Origin: Octopus sinensis
Taxonomy: Eukaryota
Reading direction: 5' to 3'
Assembly: GCF_006345805.1 (NCBI RefSeq)
Contig: NC_043005.1
Coordinates: forward strand, 53,382,001 to 53,446,000
Length of the DNA: 64,000 bases
Shown: positions 50,566 to 62,165 of the stretch, piece after piece
Numbering within the stretch: the first letter of the stretch is position 1
How the letters are laid out: each line of letters opens with the position of its first letter
Position numbers and translations under genes: made by a program
The notes under the pieces: model-generated
Told to the model about the DNA's origin: nothing
Seen by the model: only the letters and a program-made list of their open reading frames with translations
The model's database searches: none

Positions 50566-50834
50566 TTTTCACATTCACAGCAAAATTTACAGTTGCTAAC
50601 CGTAAACTATGAAAACTTTTTTTGAGTTAATCAGAATTCTATATGGGAAAATCTTACAACCTTCAAAGCTAATAAATTGTTATGGATTCTGAACGTTGAT
50701 TTTTATACTTATCATGGACTTTTCGAAGTTTACAAACTTCCTACAAGATAAACGATATACATGTATACATACATACATACATACATACATACATACACAC
50801 GCACACACTCACACACACAGATATATATATATAT

Positions 50835-51133
50835 GTGGAGGCGCAATGGTCCAGTGGTTAGGGCAGCGGACTCGCGGTCGGAGGATCGCGGTTTCGATTC
50901 TCAGACCGGGCGTTGTGTGTGTTTATTGAGCGAAAACACCTAAAAAGCTCCACGAGGCTCCGGCAGGGAGTGGTGATCCCTGCTGTACTCTTTCACCACT
51001 CGTTCTCCCACTCTTTCTTCTGTTGGCCTGCTCGCTTAGCCAGCAGAGTGGCGTCATTTGAAGGCTAAAACAATGCGAACGCATTGTGATCAGCGATGTG
51101 CAGCAACATCTGATGGTCTGGTCGGTCATGTGA
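50835..51133 (+). mobile_element. SINE family C, full length
   Basis: GGCGCAATGGTCCAGTGGTTAGGGCAGCGGACTCGCGGTCGGAGGATCGCGGTTTCGATTC head; lies between TA tracts. Confidence 0.9.
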
Positions 51134-51224
51134 TATATATATATCTTATATTATGTATTATATATATATTATATTAAACACACTAATATTAAAATATATA
51201 TATATATATATGCACTGTTCCAAA

Positions 51225-51545
51225 GGGTTCCAATCATCTTGTCTATAGTGAGGGCCATGCACTGTAATAGATTAGGATTCAAAGGCACACGCCTATATAA
51301 TATTTGCCAAAAGAGTTGAGAGATCTACTGGGAGTAGAGGCAGATGTTTTCAAGAAATAACTCGACCTCCTATTACCCAACGTCTCAAACGAACGTACAT
51401 CACGGCAAGAAACTTAAAAGAGAGCAGCACTATCGAAATCCCTCCTTCAGCAAAAGCCAATCGCGGAAGAATGGTCTTTGAAAAGGTGAAATACTGGCAA
51501 TACCCCAGCATGGCCATAGCCTTTGGGTTGAAATACATAAGAAGA
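51225..51545 (+). mobile_element. CR1-like LINE 3' end (decayed RT C-terminus plus 3' UTR)
   Basis: YLPKELRDLLGVEADVFKK*LDLLLPNVSNERTSRQET*KRAA resembles the CR1-type LP..LR......FK..LD..L..VPDEP....RAA.SNSL terminus. Confidence 0.7.
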
Positions 51546-51655
51546 ATAAAAAGTGTGCGTGTGTGTGTGTGTGAGTATCTATATGTGAATGTATATGTAC
51601 GAATCTACATTGACAAATGCCAGCACACTTCAATACCACTCATTCTCATTCATAC

Positions 51656-51748
51656 CACCCTCCATTTCCATATCGACTGCCTCAACATTAACAGCAAAAC
51701 GGAAGTCAAGGCCAAAAACCATATAGTTTCTTTTAAATACCAGATGTC
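51656..51748 (-). CDS. Candidate 93-nt internal exon (unverified)
   Basis: atttcccatacaattag|GAC...GTG|gtatga. Open in phase 0 (DIWYLKETIWFLALTSVLLLMLRQSIWKWRV) and phase 1 (HLVFKRNYMVFGLDFRFAVNVEAVDMEMEG). Unique sequence, no recognised homology. Confidence 0.25.
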
Positions 51749-51779
51749 CTAATTGTATGGGAAATTATTATCGTTGTTA

Positions 51780-51985
51780 TTGTAGGTGAATCGCAGAGTT
51801 GGTAGAAGGCCAACGAGAAAATGCGTTGAGATATTTACTCTCATCCGGATTTTACATTCTTTGTAGTCAATCCTTCTGGGGTCAAATTTGTCATTCAGCC
51901 TCTTGGCTCAATAAATTAACAACAGTCAAGTACTGTAAATAGAGGAAATCGTCTTGCTTCCTCAACTATATTATGCCGGCTTGTG
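51780..51985 (+). mobile_element. SINE family B, degenerate
   Basis: GGTGAATCGCAGAGTTGGTAGAAGGCC..CCTTCTGGGGTCAAATTTGTCATTCAGCCTC..ATAAATTAAC. Confidence 0.5.
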
Positions 51986-52427
51986 CCAGCGCTAGTAATC
52001 AATCTTTGAAATTACTGTGCATTTTCTATACTGGCGTATTTCTTTAAATTTCCCCAAGCTTGTCTCCACTTTTTGATTTTCAGATTTACGTCGAGTCAGT
52101 GATCGGGGTTTAGCTGAATGACTGAAGATTTTCACACTTTATAGTACACGCTTGATCGAAATGCATGCGGCAATAAGGAACACGACCTTCCTCACTTCAG
52201 GTTTTCTCACTATCAGTCAGCCTCATCTTCATTACCATTTTTCTCCGCATCTGTTGTGTGGTATTGTACAGCAGAGTCTTCATGTACTTCTTTTATCAAC
52301 AGCATTGTCCTTGCATGACCATTGTCCATTGAGCTATGATGCCATAGTGTCGTGTTATATGATCAAGCTATTTCATTTTCTCCTCAACTGACAATTCACA
52401 GAAGAGTTGTATGGTCGCAGTTTTTTC

Positions 52428-53085
52428 AGCGTGGCCGTTTGGTAAGTAGCTTGATGTCCAACCACATTGCTCTGGGTTCAGTCTCAGTGCTGGGTACATT
52501 GGGCAAGTGTTTTCTTATTTCTTTGTTGCCCACAAGGGTCTCAACATAGAGGGGACAAACAAGGACAAACAAAGGGATTTAGTCGATTACAGCGATCCCA
52601 GTACGTAACTGGCACTTAATTTATCGACCCCGAAAGGTTGAAAGGCAAAGTCGACCTCGGCGGAATTTGAACTCAGAATGTAACGGCAGATGAAATACTG
52701 CTAATCATTTCGGCCGGCGTGATAACGTTTCTGCCAGCTCGCCGCCTTTCTGCACACAGCTCGCAAGTGTCTTCTACTATAGCCTTGGGCTGACCAAAGC
52801 CTTGTGAGTCAACTTGGTAGACAGAAACTGAAAGAAGACCATCTTATGTGTGTGCGAGTCTTTGTGTTTGTCCCATACCATCGCTTGACAACCGATGTTG
52901 GTATATCTATGTGCCCGTAACTTAGCAGTGGCAAAAGAGACCGATAGAATAAGTACCAAGTTTTAAAATATTGAGTACTGAGGTCGAATCCTTGGACTAA
53001 AAATTCCCCAAGGCGGTGCTTCTGCATGGTTGCAGTCTAATAGCCGAAACAAGTAAAAGACAAAAAGTAAAAGAGGGGTGGGTCC
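52428..53085 (+). mobile_element. SINE family A interrupted by a family B insertion (52516-52748, minus)
   Basis: Head at 52428-52515, then B insertion; body resumes at 52763. 13-bp duplication GCAAGTGTYTTCT at 52503 and 52763. Confidence 0.9.
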
Positions 53086-53384
53086 CAGGATTGTTTTTGG
53101 GTGTTTCTCAAACGTTTTTGAAAAACATACTATATAAGGTGGGAATCGCAATTCGGAACAAATGGACACATTTTTATGTATTCTAAATTGTATTAGACAA
53201 TATGCATATGAAACAGTAATGCTGTGAAACTGTTGGAAATAAAATAACAATTTTATTATATTTGTAACAGCGCAATGAGTATCGGGAGCACAAACAAACC
53301 AACGCCTGTAGTCTAGAGGTGGTAGGGGTAAACGCACTCACAATAAGCCAGCACTCCCTGACGCAAACACAAATATAAACATAT

Positions 53385-53552
53385 ATATATACAACAGGCT
53401 TCTTTCAGTTTCTGTCTAGCAAATCCACTCGCAAGGCTTTGGTAGGGCCAGCGCTATAGTAGAAGACACTTGTCCCAAAGTACCATTTCAGTGGGATTGA
53501 ACCAGAACCACAAGGGAGAGAAGCAACCTTCTTACCACGCAGGCAAGCCTAT
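53385..53552 (-). mobile_element. SINE family A, 5' half
   Basis: GGCTTCTTTCAGTTTCTGTCTAGCAAATCCACTC..TATAGTAGAAGACACTTGTCCCAAAG..CTTACCACGCAGGC. Confidence 0.85.
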
Positions 53553-53588
53553 ACATACATACATACATACATACATAAATACATACAT

Positions 53589-53639
<51 letters not shown>

Positions 53640-54169
53640 CACAATGACAATTATGCATGCCTGTATATATACATACATACACACACACACACCCATATCG
53701 TAGCGTTTATCTATATAGTTATTGTATATCTATATTACATGATGCGGTCCATATAGAAATTAGACTAGAATTCTATGTATGTGACAATTTTACCTGAACA
53801 AATATTGAAACGCTGCACTGGATCAGAAATAGAAACTTATTATTTATAGATAGGAAAATAAAGAATTCTTAGAATTTTGATATACTTCTGAAAGGTCAGT
53901 GGCTAAATGTGTTAAAATAGCATAATACATTTTTCTATTCCAAGAATTCTTAAACTAGCAATAAAGAATTGGTTGTCTAGAAACCAGGGCATTCTGAATG
54001 AGAAACTATAGAAATCATTATAAGAAAATATCTTTGTAGAATGTAAGAATCGACCAGTTCTTTATATATCCTATAGCTATCTTAAAACTTTGTTTTTTTA
54101 ACCCCAGCCGACTCGGTCCTGATAGCCTGACAAAGCAGATATACCTATGATCAAAAGTGATTATACCTC

Positions 54170-54283
54170 TCCTTCTTCTTCACCTTCTTCTTCTTCTTCT
54201 TCTTCTTCTTCTTCTTCTTCTTCTTCTTCTTCTTCTTCTTCTTCTTCTTCTTCTTCTTCTTCTTCTTCTTCTTCTTCTTCATC

Positions 54284-54347
<64 letters not shown>

Positions 54348-54352
54348 TATTC
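54170..54352. repeat. (TTC)n/(ATT)n microsatellite
   Basis: Direct reading. Confidence 0.95.
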
Positions 54353-55329
54353 TCGAATAGTGTACATTGGTTAGCATTATGTAAAATATTCCTTTAAAAG
54401 ATGATAGATAGGATCAGGACCGTTTCAAGACATAATATAAATAAATGCGCCCTTTTAAAACCTAGCCAGGCTCATAAGCCCGGTTTCCCGGTTTCAATGG
54501 CGTATGTTCGTCTTTGTATGTATTTATATATATATATATGTGTGGTGTGTGTGTGTGTCTATGAGTGTGTATGTATGTATGTGCGTATATATGTGTGTAT
54601 ATCTGTATGTGTGTATGTATATATATATATATATCTATAATGATAAATGCTAAAACGAACTTCTGTGTGTCAGTGTGTCACACTTTGACTCTCTCTCTCT
54701 CTCTCACTATTCAGTGACACTTCTACTATTCCTCGTGATGGGGTGAGAGTAATAATAAGCATAGAGACGGTGGTACATTGACGGTAGTAGACTGACGGTT
54801 GTGATGGTATTGGAGTCATAGTAATAGTATGAGCTGCAGTTGTAATATAGGCAGAGGTGCCTGTGATGAAGATGGTGGTGGTAGAGGTGGTGGTTAGTCA
54901 CAAATGACGGTGTTAGTAAGCGAAGTAAAAGACAGGGGTGATGGTGATGGAGGGAAGGCGACGAAGTCAAAGGTATTGATGGTGATGGCGTCAGAAGTCT
55001 GGACGGTGTGTGTATGGCAGTTATGGTGGCGATGGTGGTGGTACTGGTGATGGTGATCATTGTAAACAATCAACAGAAAGACAGAAACGGAAAGAAAGAG
55101 GTTAGACAGAAAAATGTACTGATCCCTGAATGGTAAAACAAAAAAAATGTTTTTTATCATGCAATAAGTTCCAAGTCAACAAAATGTATCATTGTTTTGA
55201 TGAAAATTGTTCATTGCTTGAAAAATATTGGTCAAGTTTAATAAAATTTAATATGTACTTAATGCATGAAGTGTCATTGTTGGTCCCAATATATATATAT
55301 ATATATATAATTTTAATCCAAACGGGAAA

Positions 55330-55500
55330 CAAAAAAACAACAACAATGGAACAATTACAGTATTATTATTAATAGGCGCTCAGGAAAAGGAAGCAGGGAG
55401 GTATGACGTTCGAGCGAGCTCTTCGTCGGAAACATAAAGAAGGAAGAGAGAGGAAGAAAGATCCCAGAGCGGGCAACAGGGAAAGAGAAAAAGACGACTG
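55330..55500 (-). mobile_element. PLE pseudo-LTR fragment with hammerhead relic (55401-55436)
   Basis: Minus strand UUU CCGACGA A GAGC UC GCUC GAA CGUC: one A of GAAA is missing and stem I is poor; related to 8748-8782. Confidence 0.55.
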
Positions 55501-55791
55501 GTGTTTACGAGTTGCACATGGTGAAAGGCGGATGTTTACGAAAACAGAGCAAAGTGGGTTTTTAAAGGCAAAAAGTGGAGACAAGGTTGGTAACGCAACA
55601 GATGGTGTGTGTATGTGTAGTGTGTGCGTGTGCGTGTGTGTATGTGTGTGTGTGAGGCGAGATGAAAAACAAAAAAATATCTATGTGTGTGTTAGTGTGT
55701 GCGTCTGTGTGTAGGCGTGTGAGGTAGGGCAAGACTAGTGGTCAGCTTAGCAGACAAAGGGTCAGTAGTAAGAAAAAGAAGGAAGGAGGAA

Positions 55792-55814
55792 GGGAGGGAG
55801 GGAAGGGGTGGGGG
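55792..55814 (+). other. Canonical G-quadruplex motif
   Basis: GGG A GGG A GGG AA GGGG T GGGGG: five G tracts with 1-2 nt loops. Confidence 0.7.
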
Positions 55815-56010
55815 CGTATGTAGCGTGCCAGCGTGTGTTGAGTAGTAGTGTGTGTGTGTGTCCCGTGTCGTGGTGGTATAAATTGCGAGTAGATTGAATG
55901 TGTGTAAGAGTAATGTATATATTAAGCAACGTGTGTATATGTGTGCGCGTGTGTTGTAACGAAAAAGGGGGGGGGGTTAAAGGAAAGGACTCCAGCTGAG
56001 GGAAGATGGA

Positions 56011-56165
56011 AGAGTGGTCCCGCGGAGGCGGGCGTGGGAAAACCCAACGACACGCGACGTCACAGGAACGGGCGGGAGGTCTTGTCGGTTCCAAGAGCGA
56101 GGCCTGCGGAGCGTATGCGTACGCGAACCGGCGCAAGCGCTGCGTGCGCGAGCCTGCGAGTATGT
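56011..56165. promoter_or_regulatory. CpG-rich promoter-like island
   Basis: About 24 CpG in 150 bp, unique in the window. GC boxes GGGCGTGG (56030) and GGGCGG (56070), CRE-like GACGTCA (56056), NRF1-like GCGCAAGCGC (56131). Confidence 0.65.
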
Positions 56166-56652
56166 GCGTAAGTATGTATGTGTGGGGTGGATGTGTGTGT
56201 GTCTGTGTGTATGTCCGGGTGGCAGTGTGTCCGATGAATGTATGTGAGTATGTGTGTATGTATGTGTGTGCATAGATGTATGTCCGTGTGTGTGTGTGTG
56301 TGTGTGTGGTATGTGTGTGAGTGTGTATGTATGTACGTGTGGGGTGTGGTGGAAGTGTGGTGTATGTGCATGTGTGTGCGCGTACATACAGGTGTGTGAG
56401 TGAGTGTGTGTTGTGTTATGTATGTGTGAGTGTGTATGTATGTGTTGTAGGATGCATGTATGTGTATGGGTGTATGTATGCGTGTGTGTATGTATGTATG
56501 TGTACGTGCGTGTGTGTGTGTGTATGCGTGTAGGTGTGCGCGTGTGCATGCATGCATGCATGCATGTGCGTATGTGTGTGGGTATATATGTATGTGCGTA
56601 TATGTGTGTGTGTGTGCGTATATGTGTGTGTGTGTATGCATGTGTGTGTATG

Positions 56653-56685
<33 letters not shown>
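56166..56685. repeat. Degenerate (GT)n/(GTAT)n tract
   Basis: Direct reading. Confidence 0.9.
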
Positions 56686-56687
<2 letters not shown>

Positions 56688-56815
56688 GTAAAAATGAATG
56701 AGCACGTATATATATATATATATATAATTATATATATATATATACGTATTTTATGTATTGATTAAGTCTTTCCTTGTTTGATTTGCAAAATAGTGGTTTT
56801 GTCTTAATTAATATT

Positions 56816-56859
<44 letters not shown>

Positions 56860-56993
56860 ATATTATGGTATTAGTTGCCAATTCTGTACAAGACATTGTA
56901 GATCTTTAACTGGGCTAAAAAGTCACATCGATCACAGCACCAGTAACAGTTAAGCTTCGTGCAATGGCCATACTCGATAACGAGGGGGCAGCC

Positions 56994-57084
<91 letters not shown>

Positions 57085-57102
57085 GAGAGAGAGAGAAAGA
57101 GA

Positions 57103-57192
57103 CCAAGCGTGCTTTGTCGTAAGAAGCTTACTTCCAACCACATGTTTTTGGGCTCAGTCCACTTCGTGGAAAATTGGGCGAGTGTCTTCTAC

Positions 57193-57196
<4 letters not shown>
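57103..57196 (+). mobile_element. SINE family A head fragment
   Basis: GTAAGAAGCTTACTTCCAACCACATG..TTGGGCGAGTGTCTTCTACTATA. Confidence 0.7.
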
Positions 57197-57239
<43 letters not shown>

Positions 57240-57249
57240 GTGTGTGTGT

Positions 57250-57283
<34 letters not shown>

Positions 57284-58424
57284 TATACACGCAACAAGCT
57301 TCCACGTAGTGTCCGTTTTTTTGCTCATATATAATTGTGGACACCTGAAGCTATAGTAAAAATAATTTGTGCGAAATGGAATGAAGTTTTAGTTTGAACC
57401 CGAAATCCTGTGATCGCAAAGTCAACTCCTTAGCACCAGAGTCATGGCTGACCTTTTGTAAGCCATACAAAAAAAAGAAAGAAAAAGGAAAAAGAATACA
57501 CTACCTGACATTATTAGAGTAAAAGGACATATAAAGCTCGACAAAAAATGTTTGTGTTTATTCATATTGACATGAAGCGCAAACGAAAATAGTTACAGAT
57601 GAAGAAGTGACTCTCAAATATTAGGCCAAGCTTTTTATCAACGCCACTTTTATTTATTTATTTATTTATACCACATTATTAAACTAATTACTGGAATTTT
57701 AATTTGGCAAAGGATTAACATTTTAAAATACTATTTAGTACCATGCCCTAAGGTGTGCGCAATTTAAAATAAAACTAAATTAATGACGAACTTTCCTATA
57801 TATGCCATTTAGAATTGATTTTCATTCCGTCGTCAATGCTTGTACATTGAGAGATGGACGACTTTGTTTTAATGGTGTTGTTGTTGCTGTTGTTGTTGAT
57901 GTTGGAAGTGATGATGATGGTGATGGTAGGTTAATTGTTTTACAGCTGGTTTCACTTCCTAGTGCTGACAATTCAACCGTAAAATAGAAGTGGAATGTAG
58001 TTATTGTCATTCAGCCAAAGAGGAGTAGGTGATTTGTTCCTTGCTCGGGGGCACAACAGGAGGCTGGTTGTAATATTACTTGAAATCATCGCCTCTCTAC
58101 TTTACCCAGCAATTCCAGCCAACTAAGGAATCATTACAAGGCGATGCCTTGTCCTGCAAGAAATAGCAGACACATTTCCCTCAAGTCAAAACTTGGTTGT
58201 AATATATTTCGGATAACGTTAAATAATATATGGCCTGGATATACTATATATATATGCTTGACCATAGTTGACCGTGGGTTTAAAACAAAGAGAACAACAA
58301 CAGATATTCGTTGAAATTTGTTCAAAATGTAGAAGACCCCACACAATCAATTTATTTTAACCATGAAAATAATTAATTAAAATTGAAAACGTGATACTGT
58401 TCGGTTTCCATAATGGATATTCTA

Positions 58425-58640
58425 CGATATCTACTTAAACTTGTGTGGTCGTTCAGCCTTCAGATTATCGCACCCAAATACCAACAGGTCACACACTAAC
58501 GTCTGAAAAGGGAAAAGAAAAGTCACATTTTGAAATATAGATCTAGAAAGCCCCTATAAGACACGAGCTGGTCATGGTTACCGTAATACTGGTCATGGTT
58601 ACCGTAATACTGATCACAGGCGTCTTTGATCATAATTTTG
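58425..58640 (+). repeat. Dispersed repeat family E fragment with 21-bp internal tandem duplication
   Basis: CTGGTCATGGTTACCGTAATA twice at 58568-58609; similar to 37460-37600. Confidence 0.45.
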
Positions 58641-58837
58641 CTTATTCCATGTAGAAATGGATGTAATCCACATCAGCAACAATAACGTCAACGTGCTAAA
58701 CAATGTCGAGCGAAATCACACTACTACCTCTTTTGAAAAATGGATAAGGCTCATTGCTTAACATATTCTTAAATACCCATGAAAAGACAAAATCATCTTG
58801 GTTGGAAGGTCTTTCATCATAAACCTGGGCACAGATT

Positions 58838-59001
58838 TTTTGGCGTGGCCGTATAGTAAGAAGCTTACTTCCCAACCACGTGGTTCCGAGCTAAGTTCCA
58901 CAGCAGGGCACATTGGAGAAGTCTCTTCTACTATAGCCTTGGATCGACCAAAGCTTTGTGAGTGGATTTGGTACACGGAAACTGAAAGAAACCAAACCCG
59001 T

Positions 59002-59059
<58 letters not shown>

Positions 59060-59292
59060 TGTGTGAGCGAGTATTTGTTCTTGTATTTGTCCCCCACCAT
59101 CGCTTGACAACCAATGTTGGTATATTTATGCGCCCGTAACTGTGCAGTTCGGCAAAAGAGACCGATAGAATAAGTACCAGGCTTTTAAAAAATAAGTACT
59201 GGGGTCGATTCTCTGGACTAAAAATTCATTATGGCGGTGCTCTTGTATGGTTGCAGTCTAATGGCTGAAACAAGTAAAAGGTTAAAGGTAAG
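58838..59292 (+). mobile_element. SINE family A, full length
   Basis: Head, internal (TA)n, 3' half and tail present. Confidence 0.9.
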
Positions 59293-60030
59293 AAGGGTAT
59301 ATTTTTCTACTTTCGCTAGTTCGATCATAGCCGACAAGTTATGTAATTTTGGGCGCTGAGAATTAAGAATCTTAACCATGAATGAATACTTGTATTAAAG
59401 TACGATGTGAACTGCTCCCCTCCGTTTTTCCACTACACATTCGTCTTAGTTTCCTCTTCTCTCACAGCTCCTTCTATATTCTGAATTGAATATTCATTAT
59501 TATGGAATGTTTACATTGACACAAGCCAGTGATTCCCGTTGCAAACCACATTTATTTGATGGAACCTAGAATGATAAAAATGAGGTGACAGCCACAGATA
59601 TTGAACACAGGATGAAATAGAATGTAATAAGTTCAGGCAGAAACTTAATTCACTGTTCAGTCTTTCTGGCTACTCTACTTCCTTTCTGTATTCAATAAAA
59701 TAAACAGCAGTTGGATCAATTCAAATAACTGTATTCCTCTTCACTGCGAAAATTGGAAATGTGCCTTGTCAAACAAAATCAGTTTCTTAATATCTTAATA
59801 TTCTTTATCTAAAGTAATACAATGTCTCACTGGAGGCCTCTATGTAATAATTATATACAGGAAATGTTGGAGAGTTATCATAATTATGTTTTCCAGCTTC
59901 CATATAACTCTCTGATGGGTTTTTTTTATAAATAGCTATTACTTTTTCATTTATTTATAAGCGAGTCTTGAATTTTGCTTAAACTTTACCAGTTTGGAAG
60001 CAAACATCTGTCCATGCTTATCTTTTTCAG

Positions 60031-60090
60031 ATGAGTACACCTATAAATGGCTGTGTATTTAAGTGACATAAAACTGCATCGTGTGTCAAG
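60031..60090 (+). other. Candidate 60-nt non-coding exon
   Basis: cttatctttttcag|ATG...AAG|gtatat; stops in all three frames. Confidence 0.2.
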
Positions 60091-61084
60091 GTATATTATT
60101 TATTTGAATGTATTAACTGGTGACAAGAAAGATTGATTTCAGTACTGAACTTTTGTGAACTGGATATAAGAAAGAGAAGAAAAACACGATATGTAAGTCA
60201 CGGAGAAAATAAAATAAAATAGTTGTAGCCGGAGAGAATGTTGATGTTATATCTTTCTAATACTGAAGTAAATGAAGAAAGTTAATGACTAGCAATGATT
60301 TATTTGCTCACTGTCGGTGTATTGTCAGTGTATTCTCGCTTAGAATGATCTATAAGCAATAAAGTTGGGAATCGCAACAACAGCAAGAAAATATTAGATT
60401 CTTTTGACATAGCACAAAGGCCATGCATTTTTCTTCAGACTTGTCGCAGAGGGGGAGGATAGGATTTTGTGACGTTCATGCTCTTTTTTCATGAACATTA
60501 ACAATCTGCTCGAAATTATCTTGCGTCAAACAAGTATCAAAATTATGTTGTAGTCTCGAATCCTGCAGGGACCTCCTCCTTTTTCTACAGAGCTCACATA
60601 TCTCATGAACAAAAACATTTATCAAAATATAGGGTAATAGTTTAATAGTTGGTCATAATGCTAATTTTCATAGAGGTATGATATATAGTAACTTGCATAA
60701 AATCAATATAGTGTTGGTGTTCATTATTCGAATTCTAGAAATCTAGAAAGTAATGTCATTACACCGGAGATTTCAACAGAAAAGAATGATATGCCAGTCA
60801 AGAAATGTTATAAATCTGAGTTCTGTTTTCCTGCTACATTCGTTGAGTTAGACTACAATAAACACGTTGGTGTATAATTTAAGTACAATCATGATTAAAT
60901 TATAAGTTGTACTTTTGTAAGGCTGAATCATTATCTTCAATGCACTTATATAGCTGCGCATGTACTCTAATAATTGCGGTGAAAGTTTGAACTTTAGAAA
61001 TCAATTGTCACTGTTACTGTATTATCCCAAGACCAATTCGTTTTTTGCTTGTTTCAAAGGAGAATGCCATTTTTTTTTTTTCAG

Positions 61085-61435
61085 GGCTGAAGATGTACCT
61101 GGGTCCAGAATCCAGCGACGGCGGTCAGAACAATACTGAAATAATGTTTTTCCATTATTGAATGTGTACGAATGGATTGAAAAATTACCCCCCCACCCAA
61201 CAAAATTGATGATTGGACATACATGACTGAACTGGCATACTCCCATATAGTATAATGATGAAAATACAGACCAAGTTCGTGAGATGTTGAACAGACAAGG
61301 GGTTACTGATTAAGCAGACACCCACTTACAAAGTACTTATAGTGCTGTCTATGAATCATCTACAACAGACTTGACTTCAGTAAAATTTGTACAAGATTTA
61401 CACCAAAGCAATTCGCCCTACAAGATTGTTACCTA
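61085..61435 (+). pseudogene. Possible decayed coding sequence or terminal exon of unknown origin
   Basis: T12-CAG acceptor. Protein-like segments in shifting frames (MYLGPESSDGGQNNTEIMF / LLNVYEWIEKLPP / KIDDWTYMTELAYSH / YNDENTDQVREMLNRQGVTD*ADTHLQSTYSAVYESS). AATAAA at 61448. Confidence 0.25.
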
Positions 61436-61734
61436 ATCAACTCCACCAATAAAATTTGAATCGCCAAGTTAATGAAGGTGACATTTTGTAAATAAAAAGA
61501 AGTCGTCTCGAACTTTGCAGGCTAATTAGTAACTCACTCTGGTACTATATAACATTTCGGTTATACAATATATCATTTCTATGTTGCACATTCTATACCT
61601 ATTAGTCTATGTAAATTGTGTACGGAGGCAGTAGAGATGGCAAAACACATTACAATAATACTTGCTTAATGCGTGTAATCACGTTCTAACCTCTCACATC
61701 TTAGAATCAATATAAATGATAAGTTCATATATAA

Positions 61735-62165
61735 AGAGAGGCATGGTTCTGTGGTAAAAGGTTTGCTTCCCAACCACATGCTTTAGGGTTTAGTCCCACT
61801 GAGTGGTATTTTGATGAAGACTTATTTATTAAAGCCCAGGGAGTGATTAAAGCCTTGTGAGTGGATCTAGTAAACGGAAACTCAAAGAAACTCGTCATAT
61901 ACATAAGTGCGTGTGCTTATATATTATATGTTTGTGCGTGTGTGTGTGTATAAGTATATGTGAATGATTGTGTCGGTGTCCTTCTCGCTTGACGACCATC
62001 GTTGGTTTGTTTACGTTTCCGTAATTAATGGTTCGGCAGATGCGACCAATGGAGTCTTTTAAAAAATAACCACTTGGGTCGATTTGGTCGACTAAAACCT
62101 TGTAATACTGTGTCCCAGGATGGCTGCACTCCAATGACTGAACCACGTAAACAAGTAAAAAGTAA
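61735..62165 (+). mobile_element. SINE family A, diverged full length
   Basis: Head GGCATGGTTCTGTGGTAAAAGG, body and 3' half present. Confidence 0.85.

Noticed and set aside
50838-50910. tRNA-like sequences (also 43429-43495 and 47841-47910)
   Set aside because: A and B boxes are present, but acceptor/anticodon stems do not close properly and each continues into a SINE body; these are SINE heads, not tRNA genes.
52150-52400. Weak Tigger-like N-terminal translation on the minus strand
   Set aside because: Similarity is too fragmentary to call.
58568-58616. Direct repeats that might suggest CRISPR (21-bp pair here; 184-bp arrays elsewhere)
   Set aside because: No unique spacers, no cas genes, eukaryotic repeat context.
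61093-61110. MYLGP resembling the parvoviral VP1 phospholipase YLGPG loop
   Set aside because: The following G/N and the HD..Y catalytic motif are absent.
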